From IMG/VR virus record IMGVR_UViG_3300032323_001800, positions 96,001 to 160,000 of that record: a stretch of DNA of 64,000 nt, one strand, 5' to 3'. The notes under the pieces were generated by a model. The model made no database searches, was not told the origin of the DNA, and worked only from the letters and a program-made list of their open reading frames with translations. The DNA comes from a virus. Position numbers and translations under genes: made by a program. Shown in pieces: positions 55,823 through 64,000 of the stretch. The first letter of the stretch is position 1. Each line of letters begins with the position of its first letter.

Positions 55823-58800
55823 ATGGCCCTACAATCACCAGGCGTACAAGTTACGGTAATTGACGAGAGTGTATATACATCTGCCGAAGCAGGTACAACT
55901 CCTCTTATCGTAGTAGCTACATCAGAAAACAAAACAAATGCTAGCAACACAGGAGTTGCTCAAGGCACATTACAAGCAAATGCTGGCAAAGCATATAGAA
56001 TTTCAAGTCAAAGAGAACTTGTCGATGTCTTTGGCGTCCCAACATTTAGAAAAACTGCCACAGGAACTCCTGTTAATGGCGGCGAACAAAATGAATACGG
56101 GCTTCAAGCAGCATACAGCTTTTTAGGTGTATCTAACGCTGCTTATATCGTAAGAGCAGATATTGATCTTAACGAATTAACTGCTACAGCAACTGCACCA
56201 GGATCAGAAGCTACTGACGGTCAGTGGTGGTTAGATACTGCGGCAACAACATGGGGCATCTTTGAATGGGACGCCAGTGCTGCTAGCCAAGGCGGTCAAA
56301 AATTTGTTAATAAATCTCCATTGGTGTTAACTGTTGATAATGAAGATGATGTAACTGCTGGATCTCCTCCGTCACCAAAAGCAGGCGTTGGCCGAGTTGG
56401 CGATTATGCTATGGTAGCATACAGCGGAGTTATTAGACTATTTTACAAAGGTGCTGAATACGGTAATACTAATACTGTATCTTGGCAGCTAGTTGGTTCG
56501 CAAGCATGGAGAAAATTCTTTCCAGTATTTGAAACACAATTTAACGCAGCAACCGGCGGCAGTATTACAATTACAGCAGGTACAGGCGGAGCGACATCAG
56601 TCACTGTACCAGCAGGAACATCTGCCGCTACATTAGCAGCTAATATTAACGGTGTAGCAATTGACGGTGTTTATGCTGTTGGTGAAGGTAACGTATTAAG
56701 AATGTATTCTACAGGATCGGGAGATGTATCAGTAGGAGACGATTCAACAGGGTTAGGATATATCACTTTAGCTACTGGTACTTTAGATCCAGGAACTATT
56801 TTTGCTAGTATTGGAACTCAAAGAACATTTTATGTTCCAGATTTACAAATAAGTGCTCACACATCAGTACCACAATGGAAGTCAGTAGGAACAACAGCAA
56901 GACCAACAGGGTCTGTATGGGTTAAAACTACTGATCCTAACGCAGGTGCTCGTTGGAGAGTTAAGCGTTGGAAAGCATCAAGTAAAGTATGGGAAGAAGT
57001 TGCATCACCGCTATACGCCAACGGTCAGTCAGCAATTTCTGCAATTGACAGTTCGAAGGGCGGTTTGGGTATTCCACAAAATACAGCATATATTCAGTAC
57101 AACTATGAAGAAGATACTGGATATGATGGGACTCCGCAAACAGCCACATTTAAAGTATTCACTAGAAAAAATACAGGTGTAACACAAGCTACATCAGAAA
57201 CAATCACAACACAAGTAGCTTCTGGTTCTTACGATCTAACTCTTGTTGAAACACTAGCTGGTTCGTCAGCTCTTTCAACTCCAGTTACAGTTACCGTTGT
57301 TGCTACAGGTGCGGCTAGCGATGCTGATGTTATTAGAACAGCAATTAACAGTGCTGGTTTAACAAATGTAGAAGCAACTGTGTTTGGCGGTAAAATTACT
57401 ATTAGTCACTCAACAGGTGGCGAGATTAGAATTGCTGACCCAGATGACTTGTTTGCTGATATTGGCCTAACAACTGATACTACTAATTTGTATGCCGATC
57501 CAAGCGGTGTTTATGATTTCATTGTAAGTAACTGGCAACCACTATCTGACGTAGGGTATGTAGCCACAAACGCATCACCGAAAAATGAACCAGTCGATGG
57601 ACAATTATGGTATTCGAGCAGAATTGACGAAATCGATATTATGATTCTCGATTCAACAGGCGGATCCCCAGTATGGAAAGGATATAGAGAAGTTTATCCT
57701 TTAACTAATACTGCTGGACCAATGATTACATCAACTCGTCCTACAGAGCAAGCCGACGGAACAGACTTGGAAGATGGTGATTTATGGATTAGCACAGCTG
57801 ATCTAGAAAACTATCCAACAATTTACAGATATAATGGTTCAACATTACGTTGGGATCTTGTTGATCGCACTGATCAAACAACAGAAAACGGTGTATTGTT
57901 TGCCGATGCTCGTTACGGTTTAAGCGGTGCCGATGGAGACCAAGCACAAGATATTATCGATTACTACGCAACAACTGGTGCTAGTTTCGTTGATTTTGAT
58001 GCTCCAGATCCAGCACTATATCCAAGAGGTATGTTGTTATGGAACACTCGTCGCAGCGGATTCAATGTTAAGAGATACGTAGTAAATCATATCGATCGTG
58101 ATGGTGAAAATACTAGAATGAACGAAAGCATGGCATTATACGCACCAAATCGTTGGGTAACTGCTTCAGCTAATCAAGAAGACGGTTCAGGAAGCTTTGG
58201 ACGTAAAGCACAACGTAAAGTTGTTGTTGAAAAACTTAAAGCACTAGTTGATACTAACCAAGAAATTCGTGAAGAAGAAAGCAGAAACTTTAACTTAATT
58301 TCTTGCCCTGGATATCCAGAACTGTTAAGCAACTTAGTTTCATTGAACATAGATCGCGGAACAACATCGTTTGTTGTTGGTGATACACCATTTAGTTTAG
58401 CCGCAGATACAACAAGTTTAACTAACTGGGGTAATAACTCAGCAGCAGCTGAAGACAACGGCGAGCAAGGTCTTGTAACAGCTGATCCGTATGCTGCGGT
58501 ATTCTACCCAAGCGGTAAATCGACAGACAACACAGGCAGCGACATTGTTGTTCCGCCAAGCCACATGATTCTAAAAACAATTGCGTTAAGCGATCAAGTT
58601 AGCTTCCCATGGTTTGCACCAGCAGGTACAAGACGTGGCGGCATTACTAACGCTACATCGGTTGGTTATGTTTCAAGAGCAGATGGCGAATTTAGGACAA
58701 TAGCATTAAATGAAGGCCAAAGAGATGCTATGTACGAAGTTAATATGAATCCAATTACATTCTTTAACGGTGTTGGACTTGTTAATTACGGTCAAAAAAC

Positions 58801-59152
58801 ATTGTCACCAAACTCATCAGCACTTGATAGAATCAACGTAGCACGTTTGGTTGTTTATCTACGCAGCCAATTAAACAAACTTGCTAAACCGTTTGTGTTT
58901 GAACCTAATGACAAGATCACTAGAGATGAAATCAAACAAGCAGTTGAGAGTCTATTACTTGAATTAGTAGGACAAAGAGCACTTTACGACTTTGCGGTTG
59001 TTTGTGATGAAACTAACAACACACCAACACGTATCGACCGTAATGAATTATATGTTGATATCGCAATTGAGCCAGTTAAAGCAATTGAATTTATCTACAT
59101 TCCATTAAGATTGAAAAATACAGGAGAGATTCAGGGCTCGTTAAACGCTTAA
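55823..59152 (+). CDS. gp18: Tail sheath protein
   Basis: LQSPGVQVTVIDE, VPPSH, WFAPAGTRRG, DRINVARL, FVFEPND, IEPVKAIEFIYIP. TAAATA at 55783-55788 and AGGAG SD. Confidence 0.95.
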   Translation: MALQSPGVQVTVIDESVYTSAEAGTTPLIVVATSENKTNASNTGVAQGTLQANAGKAYRISSQRELVDVFGVPTFRKTATGTPVNGGEQNEYGLQAAYSFLGVSNAAYIVRADIDLNELTATATAPGSEATDGQWWLDTAATTWGIFEWDASAASQGGQKFVNKSPLVLTVDNEDDVTAGSPPSPKAGVGRVGDYAMVAYSGVIRLFYKGAEYGNTNTVSWQLVGSQAWRKFFPVFETQFNAATGGSITITAGTGGATSVTVPAGTSAATLAANINGVAIDGVYAVGEGNVLRMYSTGSGDVSVGDDSTGLGYITLATGTLDPGTIFASIGTQRTFYVPDLQISAHTSVPQWKSVGTTARPTGSVWVKTTDPNAGARWRVKRWKASSKVWEEVASPLYANGQSAISAIDSSKGGLGIPQNTAYIQYNYEEDTGYDGTPQTATFKVFTRKNTGVTQATSETITTQVASGSYDLTLVETLAGSSALSTPVTVTVVATGAASDADVIRTAINSAGLTNVEATVFGGKITISHSTGGEIRIADPDDLFADIGLTTDTTNLYADPSGVYDFIVSNWQPLSDVGYVATNASPKNEPVDGQLWYSSRIDEIDIMILDSTGGSPVWKGYREVYPLTNTAGPMITSTRPTEQADGTDLEDGDLWISTADLENYPTIYRYNGSTLRWDLVDRTDQTTENGVLFADARYGLSGADGDQAQDIIDYYATTGASFVDFDAPDPALYPRGMLLWNTRRSGFNVKRYVVNHIDRDGENTRMNESMALYAPNRWVTASANQEDGSGSFGRKAQRKVVVEKLKALVDTNQEIREEESRNFNLISCPGYPELLSNLVSLNIDRGTTSFVVGDTPFSLAADTTSLTNWGNNSAAAEDNGEQGLVTADPYAAVFYPSGKSTDNTGSDIVVPPSHMILKTIALSDQVSFPWFAPAGTRRGGITNATSVGYVSRADGEFRTIALNEGQRDAMYEVNMNPITFFNGVGLVNYGQKTLSPNSSALDRINVARLVVYLRSQLNKLAKPFVFEPNDKITRDEIKQAVESLLLELVGQRALYDFAVVCDETNNTPTRIDRNELYVDIAIEPVKAIEFIYIPLRLKNTGEIQGSLNA

Positions 59153-59153
59153 T

Positions 59154-59179
59154 GATGAGGGGATAAACATCCCCTTATC
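59154..59179 (+). promoter_or_regulatory. 10-bp hairpin between sheath and tube genes
   Basis: GATGAGGGGA-TAAACA-TCCCCTTATC with no U-tract; TAAATA follows at 59187-59192. Confidence 0.55.
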
Positions 59180-59215
59180 AAAGTGATAAATAATAATACC
59201 CGGAGCATAAAGAAT

Positions 59216-59845
59216 ATGGCAATTTCAACACTATCAAGATTATCAGTTCCATTAGCGAGTGACGCTTCAGCAAGCTCACAAGGTCTGCTAATGCCAAAAC
59301 TAAAGTATCGCTTTAGAGTGGTATTACAAGGCTTTGGCGCAAATGGAGTAGCAACAACAGAATTAACCAAACAGGTTATGGATGTAACTCGTCCTAAAGT
59401 TCAATTTGAAGAAATTGAAATTCCTGTATATAACAGCAGAGTTTATCTAGCTGGACGTCACCAATGGGATCCATTAACGCTTAATGTGCGTGATGATTCG
59501 AGTGGTAACATTCAACGATTATGCGGTGAGCAAATTCAGAAACAATTTGATTTCTTTGAGCAAGCGTCAGCAGCATCGGGTATTGACTACAAATTTACCA
59601 CAGTTATCGAAGTGTTAGATGGTGGTAACGGAACACAAACTCCAAACGTTCTAGAAACATTTGAATGTTATGGCTGTTTTGTTCAAAACATCGATTACGG
59701 TGATATGAATTACACCTCAAATGAAGCAGCAACAATTAACATGTCAATTAGATTCGACAACGCCGTACAATACAAAGGCGGAGCAGTTGATGGTATTGGT
59801 CGTAACATTGGTGCTAGAACCCTTGGGGCCCTAACAACTGGATAA
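59216..59845 (+). CDS. gp19: Tail tube protein
   Basis: Follows the sheath gene; KLKYRFRV, VTRPKVQFEEI, AGRHQWDPLTL. Start set at 59216, downstream of TAAATA. Confidence 0.85.
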   Translation: MAISTLSRLSVPLASDASASSQGLLMPKLKYRFRVVLQGFGANGVATTELTKQVMDVTRPKVQFEEIEIPVYNSRVYLAGRHQWDPLTLNVRDDSSGNIQRLCGEQIQKQFDFFEQASAASGIDYKFTTVIEVLDGGNGTQTPNVLETFECYGCFVQNIDYGDMNYTSNEAATINMSIRFDNAVQYKGGAVDGIGRNIGARTLGALTTG

Positions 59846-59879
59846 CCCGGGAGCACCGGACTAAAATAGTCCTTCAAAG

Positions 59880-59906
59880 AGCTCGAATTTATTTCGAGCT
59901 TTTTTT
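59880..59906 (+). terminator. Intrinsic terminator after the tail tube gene
   Basis: AGCTCGAA-TTTAT-TTCGAGCT followed by a T run. Confidence 0.85.
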
Positions 59907-59922
59907 ATGGTTAAATAAATGT

Positions 59923-61035
59923 ATGGCAAACAAATTTACTAGATTTTTAAAAGGTGCAGTACAAGGCATAACAGAACCAAAAGGTAATCTGGGCGATTTT
60001 CGACATGCTTCAAGATTGTATGTTGATAATACATTTGCACTAGCGCCAAGAACTAAATTTTTATATCATGTATATTTTGATATAAATCCTGCAGCATTGC
60101 AGGCTCCGCAATTTAAAGAACGTCACATGGAGGAAGCAGGTTTGCTGGTTAAAACAGCTGAGCTTCCTAAATTCAATTTAGACTTTGTAACAAAAAATCA
60201 ATATAATAGAAAAAAATTAGTCTATAAAATGATTAATTACGAACCAGTTACTATCACAATGCATGATGATAACTTGGGCGTTATAAATTCTATGTGGGCA
60301 TTATACTTTGGTTATTATTCAAGAGACAGACATAACGATGCTTCAAGAGCATGGCCATCAGACCCTTACAAGTCTGCAGACATTCAACAACTGTTTAGAT
60401 ACGGTCTAGACAGTGATAGAAAAGATGTTCCGTTTTTTAGATCTATACAGATTTTTACCATGTCTAGAAAACGATTTAACAGTTATACATTAATCAATCC
60501 TATTATTACTGCATGGAATCACGGTAACGTTGATCAGAGTCAAGGCGGCTCAACAATGGAAGGATCAATGACCATAGCATATGAAAGTGTATTATACGGT
60601 ACTGGTGAAGTTGCTGAAAATAATCCTAAGGGATTTGCTAATCTACGCTACGATAAAACTCCATCTCCATTAAGTATTTTTGGCGGTGGTACATCAACAC
60701 TGTTTGGTGATGGCGGTGTAGTAGCAGGCGCCACTACTATATTTGGAAACTTATACAACAGGTCAGCATTCGATTCTCCTGCTAGTTTCTTAAGGACTGT
60801 AGCAGGTGCGTTAAACACATATAAAAATCTTAGAAATATTGCCAAGAATCCAGACCTATTAGTACAAGAAGGAATTAATATTTTGTTATCTCCTGGCGGT
60901 GTTACTAATATTATTAGCGGAGTTTCCGGAGTTGTATTTCCTAAAAATACGGGAGCAGATGCGGGCGGCAACACCAATACAACACCGGCAGCACCTAAAG
61001 TATTTCCTAGAGCAGGTGGAGACAATATAGCATAA
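59923..61035 (+). CDS. Tail-tube-fold protein (second gp19/gp54-like paralog)
   Basis: VKTAELPKF, KNQYNRK, YEPVTITMHDD, MTIAYESV; Gly-rich C-terminal tail. Confidence 0.6.
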   Translation: MANKFTRFLKGAVQGITEPKGNLGDFRHASRLYVDNTFALAPRTKFLYHVYFDINPAALQAPQFKERHMEEAGLLVKTAELPKFNLDFVTKNQYNRKKLVYKMINYEPVTITMHDDNLGVINSMWALYFGYYSRDRHNDASRAWPSDPYKSADIQQLFRYGLDSDRKDVPFFRSIQIFTMSRKRFNSYTLINPIITAWNHGNVDQSQGGSTMEGSMTIAYESVLYGTGEVAENNPKGFANLRYDKTPSPLSIFGGGTSTLFGDGGVVAGATTIFGNLYNRSAFDSPASFLRTVAGALNTYKNLRNIAKNPDLLVQEGINILLSPGGVTNIISGVSGVVFPKNTGADAGGNTNTTPAAPKVFPRAGGDNIA

Positions 61036-61409
61036 TGGATACCATATCAAATTTACCAGTAGCGGCATCAAGAGACAGTGCGCTAGGCACTAGATTATAT
61101 TTTGACAAATACGGGGAAGCTCCTTTAGAATTTTCAGCAACTGAGGTCGATACCACAGTGGGATTTTTAAGAGGCAGAGGATTTACTGACGACGCAGCTA
61201 TTGTTACTGCTGTAATTCTTTTGAAACAGGCAAAACTTGATGCTATGCCTGTCCGCGATTTATTAGACACATTAAAAGGTTTAGCAAACTTAGAACTTTC
61301 AACGTTAGTCGGTGAAGTATTAAACAATAATCGTACAGCAACTTCCACTCTTGGGTTTAAAGTCCAGTCAGTGGTAAATCCTCTACAGATAAGAAACTTT
61401 ATTCCGTAA
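61035..61409 (+). CDS. Hypothetical protein
   Basis: 124 aa with a TAATG overlap. Confidence 0.6.
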   Translation: MDTISNLPVAASRDSALGTRLYFDKYGEAPLEFSATEVDTTVGFLRGRGFTDDAAIVTAVILLKQAKLDAMPVRDLLDTLKGLANLELSTLVGEVLNNNRTATSTLGFKVQSVVNPLQIRNFIP

Positions 61410-61410
61410 T

Positions 61411-61851
61411 ATGGCCAAGTTTGCCCAAGGAAAATTTGAGATGAAAAATCCCGACAAGTATGTCGGAAAAAGAACACCTATGGCTCGCAGCTCATGGGAG
61501 TTTGTTTTTATGAGAATGCTCGACGAACATCAAGGTGTAATAAATTGGGCCAGTGAAAGTATTCAAATTCCTTATCGTGATCCATTGTCGGGACGTAGTA
61601 CCATTTATGTTCCGGACTTTTTTATAGTCTATATGGACAAAAACAAAAACAAACATGCAGAAGTAGTAGAAGTAAAACCCAGTAGTCAAACAATTAGAGA
61701 AAAAGTCGGTAAAAGTTTGTATAATCAAGAACAGTATATTAAAAATCTAGCCAAGTGGGAAGCTGCTACAGCATGGTGCAAACAACAAGGTGTTAAATTT
61801 CGAGTAGTAAATGAAGATGAGATTTTCCATCAAGGTAAAAAACGCAGATAA
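61411..61851 (+). CDS. gp4: Head completion nuclease, T4 gp4-like (TnsA fold)
   Basis: GKFEMKNPDKYVG, RSSWE, WASESIQIPY, YVPDF, EVKP, KWEAA. Confidence 0.85.
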   Translation: MAKFAQGKFEMKNPDKYVGKRTPMARSSWEFVFMRMLDEHQGVINWASESIQIPYRDPLSGRSTIYVPDFFIVYMDKNKNKHAEVVEVKPSSQTIREKVGKSLYNQEQYIKNLAKWEAATAWCKQQGVKFRVVNEDEIFHQGKKRR

Positions 61852-61859
61852 GTACTATT

Positions 61860-62348
61860 ATGACTAAAAAATTAGAAGAGCTGTTTAATCTTGATAACGA
61901 AACGGTCCAGCCTGAAATAAAAGCTGTTGAGCCCGACTTAGAGAAAAAAGAAGAAGTACGCAGCCTTGAACGCAGCTACAAAGAAATAGAAAAAATGTCA
62001 GTTAGTTTGCCAAATCTTGAAGATTTAGAAAACTTAGATGAAAAAGATTTAGACGATTTGGCTAAAAAAGCTGAATCTGCTTACGATGATTTGATGGACC
62101 TTGGTATGAATGTTGAAGTTCGATACAGCGGTCGCATTTTTGAAGTTGCGGGCGGAATGCTTAAAAATGCCATTGATGCAAAATCAGCAAAAATTGATAA
62201 AAAACTCAAAGCTGTAGAGCTTAAACTTAAAAAGCTAAAAATAGATAAAGATGCTGGCGACGAAGGCGACGGTGGATCATTATCTGGGCAAGGATACATC
62301 ATTACTGACCGTAATGCGCTCCTGAAAAAACTACGTGGTGAAGGATAA
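61860..62348 (+). CDS. gp16: Terminase small subunit, gp16-like
   Basis: RIFEVAGGMLKNAIDA helix, coiled coil, terminal RNALLKKL; upstream of the large subunit. Confidence 0.65.
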   Translation: MTKKLEELFNLDNETVQPEIKAVEPDLEKKEEVRSLERSYKEIEKMSVSLPNLEDLENLDEKDLDDLAKKAESAYDDLMDLGMNVEVRYSGRIFEVAGGMLKNAIDAKSAKIDKKLKAVELKLKKLKIDKDAGDEGDGGSLSGQGYIITDRNALLKKLRGEG

Positions 62349-62356
62349 ATACTAGT

Positions 62357-62944
62357 ATGAAATCTTTTAATGACTATCTCACAGAAAGCCAAAAAACCTA
62401 CTCTTTTAAAGTAAAGGTTGCTGGCCAAGTACCTGAAAAATTTGTAGAAACTGTAAAATCTAGATTAGAAAAATACGGATGCTCAAAGTTTTCCCAAGTT
62501 GGATCAACACCGATTCAAGCAACAGCTATGGATTTTCCAGAGTTATGTAATGTTGAAGTTACTATGTTTGAAGCAGAGTGTGCTTACCCTGTTACGCCTC
62601 CAGAAATTTTGTTAGCAATTAAAAATTCAGTGGCAATTTCTGAAACGCATCTACGTGTAAGAAATGCTAAAGAGTCAGCAGAATTGGATGCGTTAGCATT
62701 AGATAATGCTCAGTCGTCTAAAAAGGCCAAGGCACTTTTAGATGATCCTGATTACAAAGAAGCAGAAAAGATTAAATCAAAAAACTATTTTGGAGATGAT
62801 TTTAACAAAGCATTTCTAAAAGATTTACAAAAATCGGCCAAACAACGTAAAAAAGAGTTAGGCCATAAAGATATTAAAACAACCGAAATAACGAGCGATG
62901 GTCCAGACTTTGGTAAAGGATCAACGAGCCCGATAGGAAGCTAA
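62357..62944 (+). CDS. Hypothetical protein, possible processed head protein
   Basis: 195 aa beginning MKSFNDYLTE, after TAAATA. Confidence 0.6.
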   Translation: MKSFNDYLTESQKTYSFKVKVAGQVPEKFVETVKSRLEKYGCSKFSQVGSTPIQATAMDFPELCNVEVTMFEAECAYPVTPPEILLAIKNSVAISETHLRVRNAKESAELDALALDNAQSSKKAKALLDDPDYKEAEKIKSKNYFGDDFNKAFLKDLQKSAKQRKKELGHKDIKTTEITSDGPDFGKGSTSPIGS

Positions 62945-62945
62945 C

Positions 62946-63458
62946 ATGAATTTTAATGAACTAATGCAAAAAATGCGTGATTTGGATCAACCAACGATCC
63001 AGTCAGAAGAGTGTGGAGCTATGCCTCCAATGACACCATCAACACCGCCATCAACACCGCCTAGCATGAGTGTTAATTTAAATGCACAAGGCATGGATGG
63101 TATCAAAGACCTAATGCAGTTATTTTCTAAGGTCAATCCTGATATGATGCCTAAGAACGATGTTCCAATGCCTACTATGACAGATCCAATTATAAAAATT
63201 GGGGCAGTTAAAACAGCAGAACCAAATAAAATGTTGGCCAAGCCTGAAGAAGCCTGGGATAACGAACCGGACGAAGAATACAAAGGAATGGATGCTGTAA
63301 TCCGTACCGGTAATGATTTAAACAGACCAAAGAAAACATTTCCTAAAGTAGCAGGCGGTGATAATCCAATGCAACGTATGGAAAGCCAAGATGAGCTAAT
63401 TAAGTCAATAGAAGCTCAACTTAAATCACAACTAGAAGAAATGAAGGGGAATAGATAA
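62946..63458 (+). CDS. Low-complexity hypothetical protein
   Basis: 170 aa with Pro/Met-rich repeats. Confidence 0.55.
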   Translation: MNFNELMQKMRDLDQPTIQSEECGAMPPMTPSTPPSTPPSMSVNLNAQGMDGIKDLMQLFSKVNPDMMPKNDVPMPTMTDPIIKIGAVKTAEPNKMLAKPEEAWDNEPDEEYKGMDAVIRTGNDLNRPKKTFPKVAGGDNPMQRMESQDELIKSIEAQLKSQLEEMKGNR

Positions 63459-63814
63459 TGGGAACAGTAACTAGAGTTAATGGATTAGCCTGCACAGTTG
63501 GCACATTGTATTCTTTAAATGCCAAAGCATTTTTAATTACAGTTAAAAACGCAGCAGCAAGTGCAAGAGATCTAAGAGACGAAGATGATGCTGTTGATGA
63601 AGCAGTTGAATTAATCATGAAAGAAATTAATCCTTTGATGTTTCTAGTAACTAATTCATCAGCAGGAACAATTCATATCGTTACTGATATTAGCTTATCA
63701 GCAAGTGATTTACAAACAAGAATTAGAAATCTTGGCGACGCAGTTGGGCCAAATGATATCGATGTTACTGGAACTACAGTAGCAGCCGCTACAGCTATCG
63801 CTGTAACAGCATAA
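63458..63814 (+). CDS. Putative small virion protein
   Basis: 118 aa with a TAATG overlap, followed by a terminator. Confidence 0.55.
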   Translation: MGTVTRVNGLACTVGTLYSLNAKAFLITVKNAAASARDLRDEDDAVDEAVELIMKEINPLMFLVTNSSAGTIHIVTDISLSASDLQTRIRNLGDAVGPNDIDVTGTTVAAATAIAVTA

Positions 63815-63827
63815 TTTAATTTTACTC

Positions 63828-63855
63828 AAATAGGGCCTACGGGCCCTATTTTTTT
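63828..63855 (+). terminator. Intrinsic terminator
   Basis: AAATAGGGCC-TACG-GGCCCTATTT plus TTTT. Confidence 0.88.
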
Positions 63856-63869
63856 CAGTAAATAGCAGT

Positions 63870-64000
63870 ATGGCAAAATCATTAGACGGCGTACTAATCA
63901 AGAAAGCACACGCCCAACAAAAATATACACTAGAAGAAGTTAAGCATCTAGAAGCTTGTATGGATCCAGTTGATGGGCCATTATACTTTTGTAAAAACTT
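63870..64000 (+). CDS. gp17: Probable terminase large subunit N-terminus (partial)
   Basis: MAKSLDGVLIKKAHAQQKYTLEEVKHLEACMDPVDGPLYFCKN resembles gp17 N-termini (E..KC..DP.YF). Follows TAAATA-N5. Only 43 codons are visible. Confidence 0.65.
   Translation, partial: MAKSLDGVLIKKAHAQQKYTLEEVKHLEACMDPVDGPLYFCKN

Noticed and set aside
1116-63901. Many short opposite-strand or nested ORFs in the track (e.g. 1116-1304, 2456-2701, 5370-5633, 8276-8575, 16468-16830, 18155-18643, 42980-43477, 60648-61025)
   Set aside because: They are shadows of long, motif-supported genes or of the structured RNA region, with no SD or promoter and no recognisable motifs.
1-64000. CRISPR array, integrase, transposase or tRNA genes
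   Set aside because: No regularly spaced repeats or such motifs were seen; the repeats present are coding.
1-64000. Stop-codon reassignment as in some large phages
   Set aside because: Core genes are full length in code 11 and tile the window; TAA, TGA and TAG (e.g. 47878-47880) all end genes.

Overview
A 64 kb segment of a large, AT-rich T4-like (Tevenvirinae-like) myovirus genome, host not determinable from this window. It carries the morphogenesis core: baseplate genes, tape measure with a GH19 domain, portal gp20, protease gp21, scaffold gp22, major capsid gp23, neck gp13/gp14, gp15, sheath gp18, tube gp19, gp4 and terminase gp16/gp17. It also has the late sigma factor gp55, the gp47/gp46 nuclease, a dNMP kinase, three giant paralogous fibre proteins, a Gly-rich adhesin, and a late-promoter operon of a flavin halogenase, an O-carbamoyltransferase and five 2OG-Fe(II) oxygenases. 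Main unexplained signals: (1) about six tandem phycobiliprotein-like helical repeats in the 3089-aa fibre, four keeping the C-x-R-D bilin-attachment motif; (2) a U_UUU_UUC slippery site plus downstream stem that would fuse gp26-like and gp51-like ORFs by a -1 frameshift; (3) a ~460-nt highly structured, probably pseudoknotted non-coding region after the GIY-YIG gene; (4) systematic TAA(A/G)TA-N5-ATG spacing implying leaderless late mRNAs, including a palindromic bidirectional promoter; (5) a candidate virion-protein modification operon next to a Pro-Gly-rich adhesin. All family calls come from motif recognition by eye; no searches were run.
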